This document shows positions 27,446 to 37,248 of a stretch of DNA of 64,000 nt, in pieces. The notes under the pieces were generated by a model. The model ran no database searches, had not been told where the DNA came from, and worked only from the letters and a program-made list of their open reading frames with translations. This DNA is from Planctomycetota bacterium (lineage in GTDB: Bacteria; Planctomycetota; PLA2; JAEUHO01). The position numbers were made by a program, and so were the translations under genes. Every line of letters begins with the position of its first letter. Position 1 is the first letter of the stretch. The stretch is taken from positions 96,001 to 160,000 of the forward strand of contig JBFWRP010000002.1 of assembly GCA_050248855.1 (NCBI GenBank), written 5' to 3'.

Positions 27446-30400
27446 CTAGGCGACGGCCGCCGCGAACTCGACGAACAGATCGCCTGGCAACGGATTGCGG
27501 AGACGCCACGTGATGGCCATTGGACACTCGCCCTCGTGTGATACGTATGTCGCGGGTCCCAGGCACCAGAACGCGCGGTCGTCGACATCCAGACGTGCGA
27601 AGAGGACGACGTGCGTACCCATCTCGGCGTGGGATCTGTAGCGCCGGCCCGTGGGGTGATCCTCGCGCGTCGTGTTCTGACTCTCCCAGTGGATCAGATC
27701 GCGACTGATCGCGTAGTCTCTGTAGCTGGTAGTCGGTGAGAAGTTGCCCTTGGACTTGTTCAGGGTGAACGCAAACAGGTCGGCCTTGGCGGACTCGACC
27801 CAGAGGACACCGGACTGCCACGGTGCCACCTTGCTTCCTTCCCCGACCCCGAACGCCGCGAGGATCTCGTCTCGTGTGTATCGCGCGTGGAGGCGCAGAG
27901 GGACGTCCTCGCTCAGATCGAGCATGGGCTCGAGATGGTCGATCTGGCCCTGAAGCGCGTCGCACAACTCCCTCAACTCGCTTCGAATCTGTGGATGCTT
28001 CGCCAGGATGCCCAGCCCCTCCTCCATGGTCGAAGACGTGGATAGGACGGAGCGGCACACGGAGCCAACCAGCATCCGGAGGAGTCTCATCTTGCGGACG
28101 CTTGTGCCCGTCGGCAGTTGACCGGTCGCGAGGGGGCCCGCACGGCTCGCAAACTCGCGGTAGGCAGCAAGGCGTTCCCTGTCGTTCACGTGGAGGAGCC
28201 GCGCCACGCCCTTGCGAAGCGCTCCCTCGAGGGGCCCTGGTGCGGCAAGGTCGAGCTTGGCGGCCTCCTGGAGGTCCGACCAGCCTCGCCTGCCGTCGTA
28301 GATGTCGTCGAGCTCGTAGCCGGACTCCTCCAAGAACGCGCCGAGCGAGATGCGCTTCCTCTCGTGCATCTGGCCGAACTGCGCCTGGGCGTTCGCGAGC
28401 TCTGCGGCGCGCGCGGCGAAGCGACTTGGAAGCACAGCCTTGATGTTCTGGAGAACTCGCTCCTTGGCGATTCGGTCCAACTCCATGTGGCAGCCAGCAG
28501 GCAAGAAAGGGAAGCCTGCGCCAACCTGTTCCAGCAGTGTCTTGCGTGTTCCTCCCAGCAGCGCGCGTAGACGTCGGTCCATTCGGAACTCGCGTCGGTG
28601 CTCTCCCACGAAGTCAAGCACCGTGCAGAACGTCTTGCCAGCTGACTTGCGTAGCCCCCTTCCAAGTTGCTGCAGAAACAGCGTCGGGCTGTCGGTCGGG
28701 CGAAGCAGGAGCAAAGCGTCGACCCGCGGCACATCCACACCCTCGTTGAACAGGTCGACTGAGAACAGGGCTTGAATGCGCCCGTCTGCGAGCGCTCGTA
28801 GTGCGTCACGTCGATCCAGTGACGTGCTGTCACCCCACACGGCTGCCGCGCCGAGTCCGGCCTCGGTGAAGATACGGGCCATGAATCGGGCGTGGTCAAC
28901 GCTGACGCAGAATCCCAGAGCCCGCATTCGATGCACGTCGTCAACGTACTTGGACGTCTGCGCGAGGACATGTCGTCCGTAGGCGTCGTTCGCGGTGAGT
29001 ACCTTGCTCAGTTGGGCAACGTCATACCCACGCCCGCGCCTCCACGGGATGTCGCGTAGGTCGATCGTGTCGCTGATCCCGTAGTAGACGAAGGGACACA
29101 GCCGTTGCTGATCGATCGCATCCCAGAGGCGGAGTTCTGCTGCGATGCGACCGTCGAAGTGCTGGAGGATCGGTAGCCCGTCCGCACGCTCAGGCGTGGC
29201 CGTCAGGCCAAGCAACTCAAGAGGCTTCAGGTGGTCGAGCACGGCGTTGTACGAGGAGGCTGCCGCGTGATGGAACTCGTCGATGATGACGACATCGAAG
29301 TGCGTAGGAGGAATGTTCATCAGGGCGGCGCCCGCGCGACCGCTGAGGCTCTGGATCGAGGCGAACACATGGTTCAGTTCGGTGGGGCGATCTCCGGCAA
29401 CCCAGAGCTCACCGAAGGTGGGGTCGCGTAGGGCCTGTCGAAAAGTCGCGAGAGACTGCTGGAGGATCTCTTGCCGGTGCGCAATGAAAAGGAGTCGGCT
29501 GCTGCGCAGTTCGTCGCGCAAGCGTACGTAGTCGAGCGCGGCCATCACGGTCTTCCCCGTGCCCGTGGCCGAGACCAGCAGATTGCGGTGATGTCCCACG
29601 CTTCGCGATAGCTCGATCTGCTCCAGCAGTCGCGCTTGGAATGGCAAGGCGTGGATCTCGAGAGGCAAGATCAGTCCTGGGCGGCCCGGCCCGTCGCCAC
29701 GTGAGGTTGCACTTCTGAAGCGGGCTGCGTCAAACAACTCGAAATCAGAGGTGTTCCAGTACGCCTCGAACACTGAGCCGATCTTCCTGACGACCTCAGG
29801 ATTGCGGGCTTCGGACAAGCGAACGTTCCACTCCAGGCCGCTGACTTGTGCGGAGTGTGTCAGATTCGACGAGCCGATGTACGCGGTTGAGAACCCGGAG
29901 GATCTATGGAAGAGCCAGGCCTTCGCATGCAGGCGTGTCGAGCTGGTGTCATACGAGACGCGCACCTCGCCGCCCAGTGCGGCCAGGGCCTCGAGGGCTT
30001 CTGCCTCTGTGCTCCCTGTGTAGATCGTCGTTAGAACTCGCAGGCTCCTCCCCTCGTCGCAGTGCCGCCGCAAGGCATCCAGCATGGGGCGGATGCCGGA
30101 GCGACGTATGAACGCCATGATGAGCGAGATGCCATTTGCCGATGCGATCTCCGCTGTGAGCTGCTGGCCAACCCGAGGCTCAGCTGATGCGTTCGTCAGC
30201 AGGACCGTATCGAGGAGTGGGATCAGGGGCTCGGCAATCTCCTCGGTGGCTCCGGTTGGCAGGCGGCGCAGCACGGCCGCCAGGACGTCCATCGATGGTG
30301 CCTCGTCCGCCAGCTCCTGGACGTGCGTGGTCGCGGCCAGCGTCTGGATGACGGCCCGCGCGATCTCGATCCCGTGAGCTACGCGCTCTCTGTCGGAGAC

Positions 30401-30565
30401 CGCGTCGATCACTCGCTGGACAAGTTGACGGACGTGGAGGGCGATGCGGTCAGCCGCATCCGTGGAGCGCAGCGGACGCGTACGAGCTTCCAGGGCCTTG
30501 TCGAGGTCCTGGATGTCACGCGCAAGAGCGGTCGTGATCAGGCGTTCGTACAGCCCGCGTCGCAC
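27446..30565 (-). CDS. PLD nuclease - SF2 helicase - DUF3427 protein (SauUSI-like type IV restriction enzyme)
   Basis: LHAKAW and GSSNLT (PLD), ATGTGKT, DEFHH, TATPER, QQLGRGLR, YRDYAIS..LIHWESQN; GTG start after GGAGG. Confidence 0.88.
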   Translation of the reverse strand: MRRGLYERLITTALARDIQDLDKALEARTRPLRSTDAADRIALHVRQLVQRVIDAVSDRERVAHGIEIARAVIQTLAATTHVQELADEAPSMDVLAAVLRRLPTGATEEIAEPLIPLLDTVLLTNASAEPRVGQQLTAEIASANGISLIMAFIRRSGIRPMLDALRRHCDEGRSLRVLTTIYTGSTEAEALEALAALGGEVRVSYDTSSTRLHAKAWLFHRSSGFSTAYIGSSNLTHSAQVSGLEWNVRLSEARNPEVVRKIGSVFEAYWNTSDFELFDAARFRSATSRGDGPGRPGLILPLEIHALPFQARLLEQIELSRSVGHHRNLLVSATGTGKTVMAALDYVRLRDELRSSRLLFIAHRQEILQQSLATFRQALRDPTFGELWVAGDRPTELNHVFASIQSLSGRAGAALMNIPPTHFDVVIIDEFHHAAASSYNAVLDHLKPLELLGLTATPERADGLPILQHFDGRIAAELRLWDAIDQQRLCPFVYYGISDTIDLRDIPWRRGRGYDVAQLSKVLTANDAYGRHVLAQTSKYVDDVHRMRALGFCVSVDHARFMARIFTEAGLGAAAVWGDSTSLDRRDALRALADGRIQALFSVDLFNEGVDVPRVDALLLLRPTDSPTLFLQQLGRGLRKSAGKTFCTVLDFVGEHRREFRMDRRLRALLGGTRKTLLEQVGAGFPFLPAGCHMELDRIAKERVLQNIKAVLPSRFAARAAELANAQAQFGQMHERKRISLGAFLEESGYELDDIYDGRRGWSDLQEAAKLDLAAPGPLEGALRKGVARLLHVNDRERLAAYREFASRAGPLATGQLPTGTSVRKMRLLRMLVGSVCRSVLSTSSTMEEGLGILAKHPQIRSELRELCDALQGQIDHLEPMLDLSEDVPLRLHARYTRDEILAAFGVGEGSKVAPWQSGVLWVESAKADLFAFTLNKSKGNFSPTTSYRDYAISRDLIHWESQNTTREDHPTGRRYRSHAEMGTHVVLFARLDVDDRAFWCLGPATYVSHEGECPMAITWRLRNPLPGDLFVEFAAAVA

Positions 30566-30788
30566 CTGCCTGCCTCCCCTCCAATCCAGCGGCCTTCCGC
30601 GGTATCCGCAGGTCCACCGATCCGGTCGACCGGCTCGCCGGACTCTACCCGCCCGCATGTCCTGCCAGGCGAGGGAACCTGATTCGTCGTCGCTGGCTTC
30701 CGGGGTCCTGTCCCCACCACGCCTTGCCTGGGAGTCAGGGGGTTGATGCCGGCGTGGGGCCGGCAGAGGCCTTCCTGGAGCCCTTGCC

Positions 30789-31556
30789 ATGCGCCGCGTC
30801 CTGTACTTCGGCTACGGCGTCTTCGCCTACCTGTGTTTCCTCGTCGTCTTCGCCTATGCCGGGGGGTTCCTCGGCAACGTCGGGCTCCTGCCCAAGACCA
30901 TCGACACCAACCCGGGGCCCCTGAGCCTGGGGGCGATCTTGGTCAACGTGGGCCTGCTCTCGCTGTTCGCCCTGCAGCACGCGGTGATGGCGCGCCCGGC
31001 GTTCAAACGCTGGGAGGCCAAGTTCATTCCGGCTGCGGTGGAGCGGAACACGTTCGTGCTGGCCACCTGCGCGGTGCTCGGCCTGTTGTTCTGGCAGTGG
31101 CGCGCCATCGAGGGCGTGCTGTGGCACACCGAGGGCGCGCTCGCCATCGCCCTCCAGGTCGGCTACTGGCTGGGCATCGGGATCGTGTTCCTGGCCACCG
31201 TGAACATCGACCACTTCTCGCTGTTCGGGCTCCGTCAGGCGATCGACAACCTGCGCGGCAAGACGCCCGCCGCGCCCGTCTTCCACACACCGGGTCTCTA
31301 CCGCTTCGTGCGCCACCCGATCATGCTCGGCTTCCTCGTCGCCTTCTGGTGCGTCCCCACGATGACGGTGGGCCACCTGCTCTTCTCGAGCGTGGCCAGT
31401 GCCTACATCTTCGTGGCGGTGCACTTCCTCGAGGAGCGCGATCTCCTGAAGGTGTTCCCGACGGAGTACCGAGCCTACATGAAGGAGGTCGGCAGCTACT
31501 TGCCGATCCGCCCGTTGCGGGGTCGGGCCCGGGCCGCCGAGGCCGTGGCTCGTTGA
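30789..31556 (+). CDS. mddA: Methanethiol S-methyltransferase (ICMT family)
   Basis: LFALQH.VMARP.FK.W, ERNTFVL, WQWR, HF.LFGLRQ, LYRFVRHPIMLGF, PTMTVGHLLF, EERDL. Confidence 0.8.
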   Translation: MRRVLYFGYGVFAYLCFLVVFAYAGGFLGNVGLLPKTIDTNPGPLSLGAILVNVGLLSLFALQHAVMARPAFKRWEAKFIPAAVERNTFVLATCAVLGLLFWQWRAIEGVLWHTEGALAIALQVGYWLGIGIVFLATVNIDHFSLFGLRQAIDNLRGKTPAAPVFHTPGLYRFVRHPIMLGFLVAFWCVPTMTVGHLLFSSVASAYIFVAVHFLEERDLLKVFPTEYRAYMKEVGSYLPIRPLRGRARAAEAVAR

Positions 31557-31613
31557 CGACTCTCTTGGGGGTGCTGCTCCGGCAGGTGCCGAGGCGCCGC
31601 TGACGACCCCTGG

Positions 31614-31640
31614 GCCCGGGCGACTTCGAGTCGCCCGGGC
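31614..31640 (+). terminator. GC-rich hairpin after mddA
   Basis: GCCCGGGCGACT-TCG-AGTCGCCCGGGC, 12-bp stem; no U-tract. Confidence 0.45.
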
Positions 31641-31730
31641 TCGCTTCGTGGCGGCTCGTCCTTGACCGGTGCCCTTGGGCAGAGGTGAAGTGCTGGGGGC
31701 CGAGGGCGGCAGGGGCGACGAGGGCGGTCG

Positions 31731-32459
31731 ATGGGCTGGGTGCTCGTGTTGCTGGTGGCGTTGCTGACGGGAGGCGTAGGCCTGCTGCTGGGCGGCGTCG
31801 TGATGGCCGCGTGCGTGCGCTGGTTCCGCGTGTCCAGCTTCGAAGGCAAGTCGGGCTACGCCATCGTGGCGATGGCCCTGCTCGGGCTGATCGTGGGCTT
31901 CCTCGTGGGGCTGATCACGGCGCTCGTCCTTCCGGACGACGCTTCGCTGCCGTTCCTGCAGGCACTGGGCATCGCGGTGGGGGTGGTGGCGGGTGGGGCG
32001 GGGTTGGCTGCGCTGGTCGCGCGCCTCTTGGCCGACGTGCCCCCGCGCTTGGATGGCCACGAGCTGGTGCTCGATGTGGAGGTGCGGCTGCCCGCAGGGC
32101 AGACCGTGGCGCCGAACGTCCCCGACGAGCAGGCCTACGTGGAGCTCGGAGCGCTCCGGGGCCGCGTGCGACGGCGGGCCGTGCGGGGGCCCGTGCGGCT
32201 CGCCGAGGCCCGCCGCGACGACGGGCGCGTCGTGGTCCCGGGATCGGTACACGTGTTCACGAGTCGCGGCAAGCGCGTGCTGATGGTGCAGCTGGGCGCG
32301 GAGCCGATGATGGGCTTCCTCGTGCCCCTGCCTGGTCGGCCGCGGCGTGAGCATCTTGCCTGGAGCGGCTGGCTGCCGCAGCCCAGGCCGCCCGCGGCGC
32401 CCTGGCCGGACGACAAGGCGTCGTTCCGCTTCCGCGTGCGCCCCGAGGCCGAAGCGTGA
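31731..32459 (+). CDS. Hypothetical membrane protein (3 TM plus soluble domain)
   Basis: Hydrophobic helices flanking VSSFEGKSGY; coupled to next gene. Confidence 0.7.
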   Translation: MGWVLVLLVALLTGGVGLLLGGVVMAACVRWFRVSSFEGKSGYAIVAMALLGLIVGFLVGLITALVLPDDASLPFLQALGIAVGVVAGGAGLAALVARLLADVPPRLDGHELVLDVEVRLPAGQTVAPNVPDEQAYVELGALRGRVRRRAVRGPVRLAEARRDDGRVVVPGSVHVFTSRGKRVLMVQLGAEPMMGFLVPLPGRPRREHLAWSGWLPQPRPPAAPWPDDKASFRFRVRPEAEA

Positions 32460-33076
32460 GCCCGCGGGACCGCGAGGACGCCGCCGCGCGCTTCGAGCGC
32501 AGCATGGCCATCGACTACGAGAAGTGGCACGACGGGATCGGCTACGACCTGGACGCCATCGACGGGGCCACCCCGGCCGAGCGGCAGCGCATCGAGCGGT
32601 TGCTCTTGGCCCGCCGCTACGCCGACTGGCGCGACGTCGAGGCCCTGGCCCGGCTCCGCACCCCGGCGGCCGAGGCCGAGCTGCGGATCGCCCGGGAGCG
32701 CGGCTCGCCCGAGGTCCGGATGGCCGTCTTGCGGCACGCGCCCTGGCTCGTCAGCGACGCCGAGCGGGAGGCTGCCCTGGTGCGTGCCTTGGGGGAGGCC
32801 ACGATCTACGGGGGGCTTACGGCGGCCATCGACCAGGCGGTCGAGTTCCACCCCCCGGCGGTGGTGGAGGCTCTCTGGCGGGGCCTGCTCGACCGCCCGG
32901 GCGAGGTGGCCGTCCACTACGCGGCGCTCCTCGCCTTCCTCCACGGTCGCGCCGAGGAGCCGTTCGACATGGCGCTCCGGCCCCTCTTCCTGCGCTTTGC
33001 CACCGAGGAGGGTGAGGAGCGGCGGGCCGCGCTTGCCGAATTGCGGCGCCACGTGGGGTTGGGCGAAAAGCCCTGA
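32456..33076 (+). CDS. Hypothetical alpha-helical (HEAT-like) protein
   Basis: GTGA overlap; IDYEKWHDGIGYDL, DWRDVEALA. Confidence 0.7.
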   Translation: MSPRDREDAAARFERSMAIDYEKWHDGIGYDLDAIDGATPAERQRIERLLLARRYADWRDVEALARLRTPAAEAELRIARERGSPEVRMAVLRHAPWLVSDAEREAALVRALGEATIYGGLTAAIDQAVEFHPPAVVEALWRGLLDRPGEVAVHYAALLAFLHGRAEEPFDMALRPLFLRFATEEGEERRAALAELRRHVGLGEKP

Positions 33077-33110
33077 AATCAGGGCTGCCGAGGGCGCCGA
33101 AATTTCGGCG
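33069..33110 (+). repeat. 42-bp double-palindrome element, copy 1
   Basis: AGCCCTGAAATCAGGGCT-GCCGAGGG-CGCCGAAATTTCGGCG. Confidence 0.75.
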
Positions 33111-33255
33111 CGGAGGGGGGCAGGGGGCTTCCGCAGAACGCCCGGCGCCTGACGAGGCCCGGTCGCGTGGAGCGGCGCGACCCCTGCCCTTGCGCACGCG
33201 CGGCCACGCGGGTCCCGGGTCTGCCGAGATTTCGGCAAGCTCGCCGCCGGCTCCA

Positions 33256-33297
33256 GGCCCTGAAAACAGGGCCGCGGTCCACCCCGGAATTCCGGCG
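33256..33297 (+). repeat. 42-bp double-palindrome element, copy 2
   Basis: GGCCCTGAAAACAGGGCC-GCGGTCCA-CCCCGGAATTCCGGCG. Confidence 0.75.
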
Positions 33298-33497
33298 TGG
33301 GGTGCAGGGGCCCCACTTGGCGACGCGCAGGAGGGGTGATGGGGCTCGTGGTCGAGGATCACATCCGCCCCTCGCCACCCGCCCCGCGCCGGCCGCCCCC
33401 GGTAGCCGCATGCGCGCCGTGACCCGTCGGCTCCCTTCGGCGTGGCTCCGGGTGGGTGACGCGCCCGACCAGAGGCGCGCTCTCCGAGGAGCCCTCG

Positions 33498-35153
33498 ATG
33501 GTTACGTCCTCCGAGCGAAGCGGCCTTCGGGACCGCCCCCTCCGACAGGATCCCGACCTGCGCGACGAGCACCGCACCTGGCGGCAGCTGCAGGCGCTGG
33601 CGCGGCTGGAGGATGCCCTCGAGCAGGGTGAGGTCGGCGGCATGTGGCAGCACGACGAGGCCCAGCTCGACGCCCCGATCGACGGCGCGGCCTCGCCTGC
33701 CGATCGCGCGCAGGACCTGTTCTACCTGTCGCGGCGTCGTGAGGGGGCGCTGGGGCGCTCCACCCTGCTCCAGGTCGCTGCGCACCTTGACCCCGACAAC
33801 CTCGATGCCCGGCTCGCCGACGCCCGATTGGATGCCAACCCCGGGCTTCGCTCCCAGGAGCTCGTCGCGTTGGCCGGGGAGGCCATGGTGCGGCTGGGCG
33901 AGGAAGAAGACGAGGAGCCGGGCGCCCGACGCGAGCTCGAGCTGTACGTGCTCGGACGAGCCGCGCTGCGGATCAACATCGCACTCGCCCTCGATCTCCT
34001 GGAGCGGGGCCAGATCCACCCCGCCATCGATGTGCTTCTCGAGGTCCTTCGACTGGACACCGAACGCGAGATGGATGCCCACCTCGTCTTGGCGCCGCTC
34101 CTCGTGGAGGCGGACGACCCCCAGCGGGCGGAGGCCGTGTTGACCGAGGGGCCAGAAGGAACAGCTGCCTTCGCGGCGTGGTCGCGGCTCTTGGTGCGTG
34201 CCTACCGAGGTCAGGCTACGGACGAAGATTGGACCAGCGCCCGTAGGCTCAATCGCTACGTCGAGCGCCTGATCGTGTGTCCAAGCCATCTGCTGGTCCC
34301 GATGCCCGTCGCGTATGCCCCCGGGTCCGTGCACGAGGCCCAGGTCATTGCCGGGGCGAGCTGGCGAGCGTGGCGGTCACGCCCGCAGCTGATCGAAGAA
34401 CTGCACCGGCGCATCGACGGCGGCACCTGGCAGCGCAAGGAGCCGAATCTCTGGCGCACGCTGCTCGAGGCGCAAGTGCTCCTACCCGGGCAGGATCCGG
34501 GCCTGGCCGGCCTGCTACGCCGTCGTCACGAGAAGTCGGTCCGGCTGTTGCGCCGTCTGCTGGATCCGTCTCTCGAGCACGTGTCCTCGCACGTGCGCGC
34601 GGGGGCCGCGTGCCAGCTGGGGCGGCTTCAGGCCAACGAGGCGGCGCCGGAGATCGTGCGGCTCATCCTGCTCGACATGGGTGAAACCGAGGCCGAGACC
34701 GCGCTGATGGTCGCGGCCCTCGGAGGGCTCAACCGCGCTGCGGCGGAGCCCCTTGTCGATGCACTGGAGCGCATGGCTCCCAGCGATGTGAAGATGCAGC
34801 TGGCACGCACGTTGGCCCAGACCTGCGTAAAGAGCGTGCGGATCCGCGACGCGCTGGGCCGTTGCTTTGCGGAGTTCCCCGAGGTGGGAGCCGAGATCCT
34901 GGCGATCTACGGGGATCCTGCCGGCATCGACATGCTGCGCGCACGTCTCGCGACACTGGACCCGGTAGACGACGGAGCGATCGGTCGCGCGATCGTCCGA
35001 GCCCTGGACACCATGGGCCAGCGCATCGAGCGGGAGGAGATCGAGCGGTGGGATCCGCTGCCGCCCGGGCAAGACGGGCGCTTCGAGGGGCCGAAGGGCC
35101 GCGACGCCGACAGCATGGTCGAGTGGGCGCTCTCGCTGCCGAAGGAACTGTGA
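33498..35153 (+). CDS. TPR-like plus HEAT-repeat protein, paralog of the next gene
   Basis: GAGGAG RBS; AYAPGSVHEAQ...WRAWR motif; HEAT-like C-terminus. Confidence 0.7.
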   Translation: MVTSSERSGLRDRPLRQDPDLRDEHRTWRQLQALARLEDALEQGEVGGMWQHDEAQLDAPIDGAASPADRAQDLFYLSRRREGALGRSTLLQVAAHLDPDNLDARLADARLDANPGLRSQELVALAGEAMVRLGEEEDEEPGARRELELYVLGRAALRINIALALDLLERGQIHPAIDVLLEVLRLDTEREMDAHLVLAPLLVEADDPQRAEAVLTEGPEGTAAFAAWSRLLVRAYRGQATDEDWTSARRLNRYVERLIVCPSHLLVPMPVAYAPGSVHEAQVIAGASWRAWRSRPQLIEELHRRIDGGTWQRKEPNLWRTLLEAQVLLPGQDPGLAGLLRRRHEKSVRLLRRLLDPSLEHVSSHVRAGAACQLGRLQANEAAPEIVRLILLDMGETEAETALMVAALGGLNRAAAEPLVDALERMAPSDVKMQLARTLAQTCVKSVRIRDALGRCFAEFPEVGAEILAIYGDPAGIDMLRARLATLDPVDDGAIGRAIVRALDTMGQRIEREEIERWDPLPPGQDGRFEGPKGRDADSMVEWALSLPKEL

Positions 35154-35225
35154 TGCTGCCCCGTGGGTCGGGAGCCGCCTGCGGGTAGAACCTCGACGCC
35201 GCGACAGCGGCCGAGGTGGCAGCCC

Positions 35226-37163
35226 ATGGGCAAGCGATCGCGTCCCCAGCAGGTTTTCACGTGCCCCATGGCCGCCGAGGACCACTTGGTCGGCGAGCAC
35301 GTGCAGTGGCGTGTATCGCTCGAGATCGAGCGGCGAGGCGGCGTGCCCGCTGGCGACCTCGGCGAGGCGTTCTTGGCCAGCCTCCGCGACGTGGGCACGA
35401 AGCCCCTGCCTCCGACGGCTCCCCGTGAGCAACGTGCCCGCGATCTCGTCTACTGGTCGCTCAGCGCGATCAACTTCGATCGGGCGGACGAGCTTCTTGC
35501 GGCAGCCCAGGCGCTGGCCCCCGACGAGCTGATGGTGCGCGCGGAACAGGCCATGGGGGTGTGGCCGCCGGCTCGCCGGGTCGTGGCGTTTCGCCCGCTG
35601 GTCGCGGACGCCCGCCAGGAGATCGACGCCGCTCGCGCCGAGCGCGGTCCCGACGTGGATGCCTGGGGCATCGTGAAGCTGCGGCCCGCCCTTCGCATGA
35701 TCGCCGTCCACGCGACGGACCTCGTCGATATCGGCCGGCTGGACGAGGCCATCGAGATGGCCCTCTATCTCCTTTCGGTCGCTCCGGACGATGCGCAGGG
35801 AGCACGCTACTTCGTCGTGCCTTTGCTGGTGGAGGCGAACCGGCTCGAGGAGGCCCACGCGCTCGTCGAGGCCGACCGTGGAGCCGAGACGGGCCTCGCC
35901 GTCTGGAATCGCTTGCTCGTGCGGGCCGCGCTCGGACTGACCAGCCCCACGGAGTGGAAGCAGGCCGACGAAGTGAACCCGCTGGCGCTCGAGTACATCG
36001 CCTTGCCCGACCGGCTCGAGCCGGACCCGCCCGAGGCCTACGGGGTCGGTTCGGTGGAAGAGGCACAGATCCTCGGCAACTTTGCGTGGCGCGCGTGGCG
36101 GAAGGCACCGAGGGCGTCGGACGCGCTACGCGCGCGGATCCAGGGCAAGAGCAGGAGCCACGGACACCTTCGCCTCCTGGAAGGGCGTGCGCTGGTCGAA
36201 GCCATGCTCGAGTCCGGCCGGTACGCGGCCGGTGACACGCCGGGCCTCGTCGCGTACCTGACGCCGCCCACGGACGAGATGGTGAGCACCCTGCGTGGCC
36301 TCACACGTCTTGCCGTCGATCCCGACTCTTCCCAGGTGGCAGCGGGGGCCGCTCACGTCTTGGCTGCCGTGCGGGGCATGGACGCAGCCGGGGACGTGAT
36401 CGCGACCCTGGAGCTGCTCGACGCCGAGCTCGACATGGGCGAGGAGGACTGCGTGTGCTACGCCCTTGTCGCGCTCGGCGAGGACGTACTGCCGCGGCTC
36501 TACGCCGCGCTCGACCGGACCGAGGACGAGGTCAGCGTCCGTCGACTCACGCGGACGATCGGCCTGCTTGGCGCGAAGGGCCCGCAAGCGCGGGCGGCGT
36601 TCCAAAGGGCTCTCCAGGCCGATCCCGTGGAGGGCGTGGAGCTGCTCGCGGGGCTGGGCGACCCTTCCGTGCTGCCCCTGTTCCATGACGTGTTGGCCGC
36701 GATGGACGAGGACGAGCCCCCGATGGACGTCTGCAGGGTGATCGATGCCATCCACCAGCTCGGTGGCACCGTGACGCGGGACGAGATCAGCAGGCTTGAC
36801 GTGGCGCCGGACCTCGCCGACGAGCCTCGGCCCGACACCCGCTCGCCGGACGAGCTTGCCGCGGACGCCCTGGCCATGCCGGACGAGCCCATGGGAATGG
36901 ACAGTTCCGGGTTCCTTCCCGCGTGGGACGACGACGCGTGGGACGACGACGACGCCGAGGGCCCGGGCGACGAGGACGACGACGAGGACCTGATGTGGGC
37001 GCTGGGGCTGGGCCCCCCGGACCTCCCGGACCCGCCAGCGCCCAAGCCGCCTGTCCTGCTGCCGTCGCGGCCCGATCGCCCCGGGCGCAACGACCCCTGC
37101 TGGTGTGGCAGCGGCACGAAGTACAAGAGGTGCCATCTGGCCGCCGACGAGGGCGCCAGCTAG
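35226..37163 (+). CDS. TPR-like plus HEAT-repeat protein with C-terminal SEC-C motif
   Basis: AYGVGSVEEAQ...WRAWR; acidic tract; GRNDPCWCGSGTKYKRCH; start 35226 or 35268. Confidence 0.8.
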   Translation: MGKRSRPQQVFTCPMAAEDHLVGEHVQWRVSLEIERRGGVPAGDLGEAFLASLRDVGTKPLPPTAPREQRARDLVYWSLSAINFDRADELLAAAQALAPDELMVRAEQAMGVWPPARRVVAFRPLVADARQEIDAARAERGPDVDAWGIVKLRPALRMIAVHATDLVDIGRLDEAIEMALYLLSVAPDDAQGARYFVVPLLVEANRLEEAHALVEADRGAETGLAVWNRLLVRAALGLTSPTEWKQADEVNPLALEYIALPDRLEPDPPEAYGVGSVEEAQILGNFAWRAWRKAPRASDALRARIQGKSRSHGHLRLLEGRALVEAMLESGRYAAGDTPGLVAYLTPPTDEMVSTLRGLTRLAVDPDSSQVAAGAAHVLAAVRGMDAAGDVIATLELLDAELDMGEEDCVCYALVALGEDVLPRLYAALDRTEDEVSVRRLTRTIGLLGAKGPQARAAFQRALQADPVEGVELLAGLGDPSVLPLFHDVLAAMDEDEPPMDVCRVIDAIHQLGGTVTRDEISRLDVAPDLADEPRPDTRSPDELAADALAMPDEPMGMDSSGFLPAWDDDAWDDDDAEGPGDEDDDEDLMWALGLGPPDLPDPPAPKPPVLLPSRPDRPGRNDPCWCGSGTKYKRCHLAADEGAS

Positions 37164-37168
37164 CCGAG

Positions 37169-37210
37169 AGCCCTGAAGTCAGGCCTGCGATCCACGCCGG
37201 AATTCCGGCG
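37169..37210 (+). repeat. 42-bp double-palindrome element, copy 3
   Basis: AGCCCTGAAGTCAGGCCT-GCGATCCA-CGCCGGAATTCCGGCG; 35/42 identical to copy 2. Confidence 0.75.
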
Positions 37211-37248
37211 TCCGGAGCCGAGACGACTGGGTCGGGCACATGGAAGTA

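Noticed and set aside
33069..33300. CRISPR array or integron attC sites
   Set aside because: Too few copies, irregular spacing, no cas or intI gene, no RYYYAAC/GTTRRRY ends
36920..36990. GACGAC low-complexity repeat
   Set aside because: Simply encodes the Asp-rich tract of the SEC-C protein
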